In this document: positions 1 through 9,062 of the stretch, piece by piece
How the letters are laid out: each line of letters opens with the position of its first letter
Position numbering within the stretch: the first letter of the stretch is position 1
Source of the DNA: Haloquadratum walsbyi C23
Lineage (GTDB): Archaea; Halobacteriota; Halobacteria; Halobacteriales; Haloferacaceae
NCBI RefSeq assembly: GCF_000237865.1
Contig: NC_017459.1
Span: 2,550,001 to 2,582,000 of the forward strand
Direction: 5' to 3'
DNA length: 32,000 nt
Notes under the pieces: generated by a model
Told to the model about the DNA's origin: nothing
What the model saw: the letters and a program-made list of their open reading frames with translations, nothing else
Databases searched by the model: none
Program-made: the position numbers and the translations under genes

Positions 1-2
1 TT

Positions 3-332
3 TCACGGCTCACTCACGAACGAGGAACGCGTCGAGCGTATGACGAACTTGTGCAAACTGACTTATCAATCCATGTCTATGGTACCGGTCAATTAGATAT
101 GCCGACATCATGGCATCTGACTGTTCATGCTGATGATGCATCTGAACTCCAACGTGGATGGTTTGTGATTTTTGACCCGCCAGCAGACACACAAATCGCT
201 GGTGCAGCACTCATTGCATATTCGATTGATCTCAAACAGAACGAATGGGTTGGAGTGTGGACCTCCGATGCCAACTCAATTAGTCGACTTCGATCATATC
301 TCACAACGACATATAACTCATCAATGGATTGA
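3..332 (+). CDS. hypothetical protein, C-terminal part (frame open to the left window edge)
   Basis: The frame of the 51..332 ORF has no stop codon back to nt 3, so the GTG at 51 is probably not the real start. No family recognised. Confidence 0.35.
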   Translation, partial: SRLTHERGTRRAYDELVQTDLSIHVYGTGQLDMPTSWHLTVHADDASELQRGWFVIFDPPADTQIAGAALIAYSIDLKQNEWVGVWTSDANSISRLRSYLTTTYNSSMD

Positions 333-480
333 TTAACATAATCAAATACACATAGCTGAAACGTCGATTTTTATAACCTGAGAAGTATTGATTTGAATGA
401 GTTGTTTTTGATCAAGCCCCGAGATATTCGATATATTCAATCTGTAGATTTGATTCGGGGGAAAGGCGCTATCCTAGTAT

Positions 481-1023
481 TCACCCGGATTGCTGCACAT
501 TGAACCCACGTGTGAGTTCATTGTGTTTCCGTTCAAGGAAGGCATACACCGTCCCATGTGGAGCGCCATCAAGAAGCATTCCAGTCGCACGTCGAACTGC
601 TTCAACCTCCTCGGGTTGACCAATCACACCGAGTGTTGTGCCTCTAATTACAACCTCTGCACCCGTCAGTTCTTCCATCAATTCTCTTGTTCGACCATTC
701 TCACCGATTAATCGACCTTTCTGTCGTTGAAGATCATTTTTATTTCGGGTATGAGCATCAAGATCGATCAGTTCGAACGTTCGCATCTCATCATCAAGGA
801 TTGAGAGCGCAGCCGTTGGTGTGAATCCACGACCAATTGCGCGGACGATATCCGGTGCGAGCATTCCACGTACGGGATCACCTACATCATCAATCGCGAC
901 CGATCCCGTTTCAGAATCAATATTAAGTCGGACTTCAGCCTGCTGTTCGATTTCACGCATCGTCTCCCCACCTTCACCGATGAGTACGCCAATACGGTCC
1001 TGAGGGACCTTTACGTGTTTCAT
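481..1023 (-). CDS. KH-domain RNA-binding protein (archaeal Dim2/Pno1-like)
   Basis: 180-aa ORF with two KH-type modules (VPQDRIGVLIGEGGETMREIE and GRLIGENGRTRELMEELTG). Acidic composition. Confidence 0.9.
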   Translation of the reverse strand: MKHVKVPQDRIGVLIGEGGETMREIEQQAEVRLNIDSETGSVAIDDVGDPVRGMLAPDIVRAIGRGFTPTAALSILDDEMRTFELIDLDAHTRNKNDLQRQKGRLIGENGRTRELMEELTGAEVVIRGTTLGVIGQPEEVEAVRRATGMLLDGAPHGTVYAFLERKHNELTRGFNVQQSG

Positions 1024-1463
1024 ATAATCGTTATCCAGTGCCGAAGGTTAAATGATTCGAGCGAATCTGCAGGATGTTTGGTGGGTGTGTGCTCATGATT
1101 GTAGTGGTCTATCAATGAGTTTTCATCCGGATGAGCGCAAGTGAATACAATAGGATTTCATACCGCTGGATTGACATAATACAATTGATGATTCATCAGC
1201 ACTGTTTCTGTCTGAGATCAACATGTTTGATCGAGGTCGCGAAGATGGACGCTGGGCTATGCTAATTGGTGATGATATGTCTGTCCAAGCTGAACTGTAG
1301 TCTATAATTGCATTCCACATCGAAACTGCAGTTGAGTATTCTCTGCCTGGCGATTCGGTCTCACTATGACCGCATCTCGAAAGTGAAGGCAATTCGTTCA
1401 GCGTTCGAGTAATCGACTCAGATGGTAAGTCTTAATTACGTAACCACGATATGAAATATTGAA

Positions 1464-1536
1464 GCCCGGGTGGTGTAGTGGCCGATCATATGACCCTGTC
1501 ACGGTCGTGACGCGGGTTCAAATCCCGCCTCGGGCG
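1464..1536 (+). tRNA. tRNA-Asp (anticodon GTC)
   Basis: 73-nt cloverleaf read by hand. Acceptor GCCCGGG/CTCGGGC, T-arm GCGGG-TTCAAAT-CCCGC, anticodon stem TGACC/GGTCG with loop CTGTCAC, discriminator G. No encoded CCA. Confidence 0.93.
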
Positions 1537-1542
1537 TTCCAC

Positions 1543-1548
1543 TTTTTT
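1543..1548 (+). terminator. oligo-T tract directly 3' of tRNA-Asp
   Basis: TTTTTT lies 7 nt after the tRNA 3' end. Archaeal transcription commonly terminates at T-runs. Confidence 0.4.
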
Positions 1549-1716
1549 GAATTTCGATCAGGACTACAGCTCATATCAAAAACATAGTATCTTGATGTAC
1601 CCAAATCATGACGTGTGATTTCACTGATCCGATTCGTCTCTTGTGAAGTCATGTTGTGGTTGTACATGCACCGTGAATAGTCGGTTTGCATCAGTTATAC
1701 AGAATCAAGGAGAATA

Positions 1717-2220
1717 CCTGCGGCTCAGCCGCAGGATAAATCCGACAACTCGGAGTCAATCTCCGCTACGAGAGCCACTCTGAGACTTGATAATCCGTAA
1801 CTTAAATTGACAGGCGATTCGACATATAACTAAGAATCAGGCTGGGAACGGAGCGATTCTCGCCAGTCTGACGGTGGCGGCCTGTCCGCCCCAAGCAATC
1901 AGACAATAATCAGAACCAGTCAGGTGAACGGTCGGTTCCTCTCATGAATCGATGCAGTGCCCGACTGCTTGAAACCAGCACAGAAAGTAACTCCGAATCC
2001 GTTGAAGTCTGCCGGACTCCCCAAGGCAAAAACAACTTTGGGAGTCCGAACACGGCGGAGAATAAAAGTATCGGGGGCTGAGATGTGGCACTCCCAGCAG
2101 TCCCGCCCGCGACAGTCCGTGAACCCCACATGGATTCTCACCGTGCCGGGGTTCGGCGGAACTGCAAACCTGAAATCTCCACCATTCACACTCACGCTCA
2201 GGATTCCTCCGCGTTTAGTG
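1717..2220. mobile_element. ~500-bp GC-rich non-coding MITE-like block (copy A of the 245-nt repeat is its right half)
   Basis: The left end has an 8-bp-stem hairpin CCTGCGGC-TCA-GCCGCAGG (1717-1735) followed by GGATAAATCC. The right end is AGGATTCCTCCGCGTTTAG (2200-2218). Nt 1978-2219 recur inverted at 14280-14520. ORFs here are basic and their conservation is frame-inconsistent. Confidence 0.55.
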
Positions 2221-2397
2221 ATTCAACAAACTTCTGGGTGAACTGATTCACTCAGTCGATGCGAGAGAACTATTCTGACTGATGCATGTCAAGCACCCAC
2301 TTCTTCTATGAGCTACTATACGCGGAAGAGGATGTCAATGTGAACCTACGATTTCGGGTTATTTTATGATCAAAATATTAGACTTCACAAATGCGTG

Positions 2398-2805
2398 TCA
2401 ATAGATGATACGACCGATTGCTTGACCAACTCCAACCCCAGTGAGTGACGCAAGAAGTGTGACTGTGACATCGATACCGGCGCGTGAATAATTACCAGTT
2501 TCGATAGTATCGACGATACTCACAACATGTGATGAAAATGTTGTGAACGCACCACAAACACCTGTCCCAAATATTGCAACCGCAGGCGGAGTAAGTGGCA
2601 CTGAAATAACAATCCCGAGGGCAGTACTCCCGACAATATTAATCGTGATTAGACTCTGACGTCCATCATCAAATATCATATCAACACTGAATCGACAGAT
2701 TGCACCAATACCACCACCGACTCCAACAAGCACCGGCATGGGAAGCGTTTGGAGATATTCAACGCTAATCGTTGAGATACTCCAAATCAAGAGTAAGTTG
2801 ATCAT
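2398..2805 (-). CDS. crcB: fluoride channel CrcB, second subunit
   Basis: Small 4-TM protein with GGGIGAICRF and NIVGS motifs. The likely start is ATG at 2805, forming an ATGA start/stop overlap with the upstream crcB. The track ORF extends to 2835. Confidence 0.85.
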   Translation of the reverse strand: MINLLLIWSISTISVEYLQTLPMPVLVGVGGGIGAICRFSVDMIFDDGRQSLITINIVGSTALGIVISVPLTPPAVAIFGTGVCGAFTTFSSHVVSIVDTIETGNYSRAGIDVTVTLLASLTGVGVGQAIGRIIY

Positions 2806-3146
2806 GCTAGCCGTCTCCCAACAAGCAGTCCACATATTGCAGCGGTAATGCCAAGCAGATAATTTGAACCAATATTGAGAATTCCAATCAGGGGACTAGC
2901 TGCTACTGTTTGTGCTGCAAATGTGCTATATGTTGTGAATGAGGAGAGAATACCTGTCATGACAAATAATTGTGCCCGAGATGTCTGAAGTGTCGTAGTT
3001 GCCACTGCGAGCATGAATGCACCGAGCACGTTGACCATCAGCGTCCCGCTTATCCCCGGAAGAGCGTTAGATATCAAATATCGAGTTGCCGCTCCTATGA
3101 TTCCTCCAGCGCCAACGAGCAGCAATGCACCTTGTCGTTGCATCAA
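2802..3146 (-). CDS. crcB: fluoride channel CrcB, first subunit
   Basis: 114 aa with GAGGIIGAATRY and MVNVLGAF motifs typical of CrcB. Tandem with a second copy, suggesting a heterodimer arrangement. Confidence 0.85.
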   Translation of the reverse strand: MMQRQGALLLVGAGGIIGAATRYLISNALPGISGTLMVNVLGAFMLAVATTTLQTSRAQLFVMTGILSSFTTYSTFAAQTVAASPLIGILNIGSNYLLGITAAICGLLVGRRLA

Positions 3147-3326
3147 TATTATTCAAATAGCAGGATATTCGATTATTTCGGTTCATACATTCACAGATTT
3201 GTAAGTGACATATCACGTGCTTTCTATAATACAATCAAAGAGTATACAGCGAAATACTGGTATGTGGTTGTGAACGGTGCTAGTTCGAGATCATCATAAT
3301 AAAAATGCCAACCATTAATATAATGA

Positions 3327-4448
3327 TTAATCACTAATTCGTGGACTAGCACCACCATGTGGTGTATCTCGTTTTCGAATTCGAATGTGGTGAACAGTCT
3401 CAGCAGTATCGTCAATAACAAGCACCTCACCGGGGCGATTCGGCATTATTGAGGCGAGGTCAGCATCCAGATAAACTGGATCCGAAGCGGCGAGTGCACG
3501 AACATCTGACCCAGCAGTCAATCGATGGACAATTCGGATATCAGACTGTGAAGTGGCAACAGCGGGAAGCGCGCTGGGTCGTTGTGTCGCAATAACGATC
3601 GAAACACCTGGCGCACGCCCACGGGTGAGTAGTGTTTGTAGTATATCAGCTGCGACACCGTTGAAATAAACGTGTGCTTCATCGATAAACAGCCATGGAA
3701 GTGTATCAATCTGCTCAGAAAGACGCGCAGTGTATAACTCTCCTGCGACACCAGCAACGAATGCATTCATCGCTGCATCCGCAAGATTGTGACAATCAAA
3801 AATAGTCGCTGCATCTCCAGAAAGTGTCTCAGCATCGACTCCTGCTGGGTCAAACACGTCCCATGTCATTGCTCGTTGAAGTCGATTCAATGCAGCGCGT
3901 TGGACATGGTCAGCAACCATCGAATCAGTAATATAGTCGATCATTGCCGAAAGTGTCTCCATAGCGGCTGCTGCATCCCAAATTAACGTTCCAGGAGGAC
4001 TATTAGGGTCTGAACCCAGGAGTGCTGGCCAGTGAGCGGGTGAAACGGCACCGGTTCGTATCTTCGGTGTTCTCTCAATCTGTGCTGGTACCGGATCACC
4101 GTCTGAATCGCTGGTTACAGTGTCAAAGACGCCCATAGGATCGATGACAACTGGTGTGATACCGTGAGTGCGAGCAGCTTCTTCTATCAGCACACCAAGT
4201 GTATAGGATTTTCCATAGCCGCGTTTACCGACAATAAGAGTTGCATGGGGTCGATCAAAATCGATGCCGACATGAGCACCCATACTCCCATCTCGTGCAC
4301 GATACGTTCCAAGATGACCGATTGGTCCAGTAGCCTCGGTATCGTCGGTATCGTCGGTATCCTCTTGCCCAATAACGCTGAAATACTTCGACATGCGTAT
4401 GTCTGTTTCTGCAGTCCTGTATGAATATCCGGACGAGTGTTTATCCAA
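3327..4448 (-). CDS. FtsK/HerA-superfamily P-loop ATPase (DUF87-like), no HAS-barrel recognised
   Basis: Walker A GKRGYGKS, Walker B LFIDEAHVYF, and FtsK/HerA-type VIATQRPSAL. An alternative start MSKYFSV at 4394 would leave a more realistic divergent promoter gap. Confidence 0.85.
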   Translation of the reverse strand: MDKHSSGYSYRTAETDIRMSKYFSVIGQEDTDDTDDTEATGPIGHLGTYRARDGSMGAHVGIDFDRPHATLIVGKRGYGKSYTLGVLIEEAARTHGITPVVIDPMGVFDTVTSDSDGDPVPAQIERTPKIRTGAVSPAHWPALLGSDPNSPPGTLIWDAAAAMETLSAMIDYITDSMVADHVQRAALNRLQRAMTWDVFDPAGVDAETLSGDAATIFDCHNLADAAMNAFVAGVAGELYTARLSEQIDTLPWLFIDEAHVYFNGVAADILQTLLTRGRAPGVSIVIATQRPSALPAVATSQSDIRIVHRLTAGSDVRALAASDPVYLDADLASIMPNRPGEVLVIDDTAETVHHIRIRKRDTPHGGASPRISD

Positions 4449-4469
4449 TGAGAGGTTACCATCAGTGGT

Positions 4470-4922
4470 ATGTTTGAAAATATCCGGCGCTTCGTCGATG
4501 ACGATCGTGCAATTGAGGGGCTCCCAATTCGACTTGTCATTGCACTCGTCGTTGGGGTTGCAACACTAAGCGTTATGCTTAATATGCTTTCAGGGGTGCA
4601 AGGGCTTGGTGTGACTGAACTTGATGTTCAACCATCTGAGGAGGTATTATCCCCGGGCGAACATACAATTGAATTGACTGTTGTTGAACCGGATGGAGCA
4701 CCTGTTGAAGCAGCCATAGTCATTATCAAGGCAGGAAGTGCTCGAATTGATGGTGTGATAACCGCTACAACTGGACCTGATGGGTCCGCGACTCTTAATA
4801 TCAACCCTCGGATACGCGCAAATCAACAAACTGGAACATTGCGCATTGATATTAAGCCGCCAGCAAGCGGTTCGTATGCTGACCGACGAGCCAATACTGA
4901 TATTCTAATTGTCGATGAGTGA
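4470..4922 (+). CDS. pilin-like N-terminal anchor plus Ig/carboxypeptidase-regulatory-like domain protein
   Basis: A charged N-terminus is followed by a hydrophobic helix (RAIEGLPIRLVIALVVGVATLSVMLNML). A beta-rich domain follows (VVEPDGAPVEAAIVIIK...TTGPDGSATLNI). Divergent from the ATPase. Confidence 0.6.
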   Translation: MFENIRRFVDDDRAIEGLPIRLVIALVVGVATLSVMLNMLSGVQGLGVTELDVQPSEEVLSPGEHTIELTVVEPDGAPVEAAIVIIKAGSARIDGVITATTGPDGSATLNINPRIRANQQTGTLRIDIKPPASGSYADRRANTDILIVDE

Positions 4923-5448
4923 CACTCATTGATATTTCTTCCAATGCTCTTCATCGTGAATATACGAATTTACCCGAAGTATCGGTTGCAATCGCACTGA
5001 GAGCAGATTTTTTGCCTGTTTCCAATATAAGATTGCATACTTATCCAGACTCAAAGAGAGTTCCGTGCGTTAGCGCGTGGATGGATCCGCCAATCAACAC
5101 GCCGCTCATGGGTTCTATAATACGAGACAGCATACTGAGGTATGCACAGCAAATGAGAAGTGGAGTTGGATTAGGATCTTGACTCTCAAAGAGTAATCCT
5201 GCATCGAGTGTTCTACTCACCCACCGTGGTTAACTCATAGTCATTAGTGCAAGTCTCTACCACCGTGATTATTCGTTTCGGTGATTGGAACCGCTGAATC
5301 CGCGTCATTCGACACCGTCAGTGAAACTATTCAAATAAACCACGACCGAGGCTCCGGTGGTCTCAGTCAAGGTGTCTTCAGGGATACAGGACAGGTGTGC
5401 TGCCCCACAAGTGAACTTCCACTTTTTCTATCATGTAGGATTTTAGTG

Positions 5449-6837
5449 CTATCGCTCAGGCATAATTGGGGCATCAAAGTCACCACGAATGAGCGGTTGA
5501 GCAATATGTCGACGAGCACACGGAGGAACTTCATACCATTTCAGTGATAATACTCGATCAAGCGACTTTTTATTTTGAGTTGGAGATGACGTACCACAGT
5601 CACGACATCGGTATCCTTGATTCCGGCCAGCACTCTTCATAGTCCGATTGCATCCGGGGCAGATTGGTGTTGTCTTAGTTGTTCTAGTGAGTGAACGAAT
5701 AGCGAATTTCTCCAATTTGAGCGTTCCATTTGACACCTCTCCACAGGCAGTAATAATGTCACCAACGCGAAGTTTGCGGACCCATTGGCGGAAGCGCTTC
5801 GTTGGTTCGAATGCAACGCATGTGATAGTTGATGATACATTCTGATCGGTGATATCTGGATTCGATGGTTTTGTTCGCAGATGATGCGTATCTGTGAGCA
5901 CGGCACTTTCTTTACTACTTGTTTCTTCGATATGGTCCTCTTCGGTTGTTTCTCTCTTCCCAAGAGTTACAAATACATGCCCGCCTGGACGTGTCTCCGG
6001 GTCTGTAATCACAGTACCAGTCACGCGATATGCACGATTATCTCGTAATGAGCCAATTGTCCCTGGACGAAGATGGATATCCGTTCCCTGATTCGTAATA
6101 AATGTCGATGATCGTTCAACTGGTTCGCTATCGATTTCTGCCGCAACGGTTTTGACCGCTGCAACGTCATCACCACGAATACCATAGAGGATTGGTCCTG
6201 GCGCATTTGGGACGCAGACAGCATCATCTTCCTCACGGTCGACTGTATCCCACACTGCTGGATATTGCCTTTTGGCAGCCTCGAATACCGATTTCTCATC
6301 GACATCACGGTCGGTTCCGCAGCGATTAAACTGACGATATGCGATGTGTTCAATTGTCCACTCTGTCAGAGCAGCCCATGCTCCAACAGCAGCAAGCGCC
6401 CCAATCCGCCCACGACCGCCATCCCATCCCTGATGATGATACCCAACCTGCTCGATAAGATCGACTGTGTCGGCTATTGTGTGAAATTCGCGAATTGCAT
6501 CCCAACAGAAGTCAATGACCGAATCAGCAACTGAATGTGGAGTACAAGTATCGGTAATGACTACCCCAGGACTTGTATTTGGATCATCACTTATTGCAAG
6601 TGAGTCGATGAATTGCGTTGATATCTCAACTGCATCTGTGGGGTCAATATCGGTATGAAGCGCAATTGCTGCGTTCCCCCGGGTTTTATGCTCGACTGCT
6701 GGATTCAAGCGGATTAAAAGGCGGCGTTCGACAGTGCCGCCAGCATGTTCAATTGCTGTCGCAATCCGGGTTGCGAGGTATGTTGTACACATCCCACGGT
6801 TACGAGAGTCAGTATCATCGATACCGATGACCGTCAT
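5449..6837 (-). CDS. tiaS: tRNA(Ile2) 2-agmatinylcytidine synthetase TiaS
   Basis: N-terminus is MTVIGIDDTDSRNRGMCTTYLA. An OB-like middle region is followed by a C-terminal zinc ribbon CPGCNRTMKSAGRNQGYRCRDCG. Confidence 0.9.
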   Translation of the reverse strand: MTVIGIDDTDSRNRGMCTTYLATRIATAIEHAGGTVERRLLIRLNPAVEHKTRGNAAIALHTDIDPTDAVEISTQFIDSLAISDDPNTSPGVVITDTCTPHSVADSVIDFCWDAIREFHTIADTVDLIEQVGYHHQGWDGGRGRIGALAAVGAWAALTEWTIEHIAYRQFNRCGTDRDVDEKSVFEAAKRQYPAVWDTVDREEDDAVCVPNAPGPILYGIRGDDVAAVKTVAAEIDSEPVERSSTFITNQGTDIHLRPGTIGSLRDNRAYRVTGTVITDPETRPGGHVFVTLGKRETTEEDHIEETSSKESAVLTDTHHLRTKPSNPDITDQNVSSTITCVAFEPTKRFRQWVRKLRVGDIITACGEVSNGTLKLEKFAIRSLTRTTKTTPICPGCNRTMKSAGRNQGYRCRDCGTSSPTQNKKSLDRVLSLKWYEVPPCARRHIAQPLIRGDFDAPIMPER

Positions 6838-7235
6838 TATATGTTGTATTTAGCTATCGAATTAACCACTGTCGGTTATATGATCAGAAATATCATAACG
6901 CTCATCTGTAGAAGCGAATACCCGTCGTTTCGATCCTCTCTGATCACAGGTGTCAATTCGTCACTCTGTCGACGCTACACCCAATCTTCCGCAGGTACTG
7001 ACTGCTACAGGTGAGCGATATCATAATAATACTACTGATGATACGATTTCTGAGAACACATGAGATAAAGAGAGTCGTATATGAAAGAGATTCAGACGAA
7101 TGTGTACAGATAGCTATTCAGTAGCCAGATAAAAGCACTGAGCTATACTCGCTCTAAGAGTTTCTTGCATTACTACAACATAGTAAGTAACAGTAATATG
7201 GTTAATACGACACGAATTAAACGACAATGGCGTCT

Positions 7236-7256
7236 TATATGTGCACAACACATATA
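7236..7256. promoter_or_regulatory. perfect 8-bp inverted repeat TATATGTG-N5-CACATATA overlapping the probable TATA region of the HTH regulator gene
   Basis: The palindrome ends 26 bp upstream of ATG 7282. Its right arm is an A/T-rich TATA-like hexamer at about the position expected for a leaderless transcript. Confidence 0.25.
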
Positions 7257-7281
7257 TACGCTGAATGACCCATTTTAAGAT

Positions 7282-8259
7282 ATGTCACGGTCCGCACTAG
7301 TCGGAAATATCACGGCGATGTTAGAGGATGCCGGGTTTCTGGTGAGCGACCGCTGTGCGATTCGGCCAAAGAGTTTCGATGTTGCCGCACGGCGAGGTGA
7401 GGACCTTGTGTTATTAAAGATTCTTGGAAACGTCGATGCACTTGATAGAATGACAGGTGCAGAGATGCGTCGACTTGGTGGATATCTGGATGCAACACCG
7501 CTCGTCATTGGGGTCCGGACGCGCGATGAAGATCTTAAGCCAAATGTTGTCTATTTTAGACATGGTGTTCCGGTATTGAGTCCTGATACTGCAATGGATC
7601 TCTTTGTTGAGGGCGTCCCACCACTGATCTATGCAGCACCTGGTGGGTTATATGTCAATATCGATGGCGACCTTCTTGCAGATGAGCGCGAAGAGCGAGG
7701 ATGGAGTCTTGGACGATTGGCGACCGAGCTTGGTGTCTCACGACGGACTGTATCAAAATATGAAGATGGGATGAATGCAAGTATTGAGATTGCAATTCAA
7801 CTCGAAGAGGTATTTGATGAGCCATTTTCAAGTCCTCTCGAGGTGATGGAGGGTGCAGAGTCGGTCCGTGACTCTGAGCCAACACCTGATGACCCGGATC
7901 CTGATGCTGATGACGAGCATGTTGTACATATTCTCACTCGTGCTGGATTTACCGTGCATCCAACTGCTCGGGCCCCATTCAAAGCCGTTGGAGAAGATGA
8001 TGACAATCGCCGTGGAGTGATGTCATTACTCACGGGTCATTCTTCATTCACGAAAAGTGCAAAAAAGCGTGCGCGAATTATGTCCTCATTGGGTGAGGTC
8101 ACACAAACGCGTGCTGTCTATTTCACTGAAACTGATGCAAAACGGGATGCGGTCAAAGGGACCGCCCTTGTCAGTTGTGCAGAGCTTGATGCTGTTGATG
8201 ACCCAGCAGCAATTCGCGATCTCATCCGTGAGCGATCACAAAAACCGACTGAAGCATAA
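7282..8259 (+). CDS. putative HTH (Cro/C1-type) transcription regulator, COG1395 family
   Basis: The conserved archaeal N-domain is [40 protein letters not shown]. The central HTH is [23 protein letters not shown]. Confidence 0.85.
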   Translation: MSRSALVGNITAMLEDAGFLVSDRCAIRPKSFDVAARRGEDLVLLKILGNVDALDRMTGAEMRRLGGYLDATPLVIGVRTRDEDLKPNVVYFRHGVPVLSPDTAMDLFVEGVPPLIYAAPGGLYVNIDGDLLADEREERGWSLGRLATELGVSRRTVSKYEDGMNASIEIAIQLEEVFDEPFSSPLEVMEGAESVRDSEPTPDDPDPDADDEHVVHILTRAGFTVHPTARAPFKAVGEDDDNRRGVMSLLTGHSSFTKSAKKRARIMSSLGEVTQTRAVYFTETDAKRDAVKGTALVSCAELDAVDDPAAIRDLIRERSQKPTEA

Positions 8260-8347
8260 TCTAAAGGAAACAGGTTGTATTCAGTGTGATGATTACAAGT
8301 ATCAATCCAGTGGCATCAGCGGAGTATCGATGCCAAAACCAATGACA

Positions 8348-8599
8348 TCAGTTTGCATACGTCTTTTCAAGATATGTAACGATATCATCGCTTTCTGGCA
8401 TTCCTGAGACATCATTGGCTTCGTCAACAAGCACGGGAACTCCGGTTTGATTACTGATCGATTCGACTTCCGTCCGTTCACTGTGTGCCCGCGGAACCGA
8501 AACGGAATCATACTCTAATCCGAGTTCATCGAGTTTATCGATAACCTTTGCACAGTATGGACAGCCGCTAAGTTCGTACAGCGTAAGATTAGACATCAT
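8348..8599 (-). CDS. glutaredoxin-like protein
   Basis: CPYC active site in LYELSGCPYCAKVIDKLDELGLEYD, followed by GVPVLVD. The likely start is MMSNLTL at 8599. The track ORF extends to 8644. Confidence 0.8.
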   Translation of the reverse strand: MMSNLTLYELSGCPYCAKVIDKLDELGLEYDSVSVPRAHSERTEVESISNQTGVPVLVDEANDVSGMPESDDIVTYLEKTYAN

Positions 8600-9062
8600 C
8601 GTCAATAATGCACAGACGAGTAAGAATCTAGTGGGTTTGTGCAAAGCCAGTACACGTATATTTTGATGTGAAATCTATTGTGGACATCATCTCAGATACA
8701 TGAGATTAGATTATCAGAGAGGCTCTTACCTAATTTGATGAAACAACTGTATGAAGTGTGAAATGTGAATAAGCGGAGTGCTGAATATAGAGCACGAGTT
8801 CAGCATAATAGTGACGCTCTTCACCCTGGACATCACTCCCATGACTCATAGTGATTAGTTCGAATAGTTTCACCGGGAGTGTCGAATGACGCGGGTTCAG
8901 CGGCTCCGATCACCGACACGGATAATCACGGCGGTAAAGACTTGCACTAATCAGTATCAATGGGTGCCCTCCACCAAGTCCCCGCACTACGATGTGACTG
9001 CATACCTACGACAGCCATATTTCCATCCAACTTATAAGAGGTTGCGGTTGCTCATCCACGGT

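Noticed and set aside
1123-1392. 89-aa minus-strand ORF between the KH gene and tRNA-Asp
   Set aside because: It is Ser-rich and non-acidic, has no motif, and lies in an AT-rich spacer. Likely spurious.
1910-2241. Overlapping ORFs of 73-94 aa on both strands (also 14204-14535)
   Set aside because: These are basic, Arg/Pro-rich peptides inside the GC-rich repeat. The two repeat copies are conserved at nucleotide level but translate differently outside a short stretch, so they are non-coding.
3147-3326. Possible fluoride (crcB-motif) riboswitch upstream of the crcB pair
   Set aside because: I read the 180-bp leader on the minus strand and could not find the conserved pseudoknot core of the crcB motif. 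There were only vague ATGG...GCATT and TGATGATC fragments. A covariance-model scan (Rfam RF01734) would be decisive.
4919-5547. ORFs 4919..5182 (GTG start) and 5281..5547 in the 525-bp gap before tiaS
   Set aside because: Their composition is non-acidic. The second overlaps the tiaS 3' end. A 59-codon minus-strand frame (GTG start) also exists, but it has no recognisable features. I left the gap unannotated.
8886-9062. N-terminal 59 codons of the 512-aa ORF
   Set aside because: This leader is strongly basic (many R/K/H/Y), atypical of halophile proteins, and precedes a normal acidic start MGDDESK. It was treated as 5' non-coding DNA of the foreign island.
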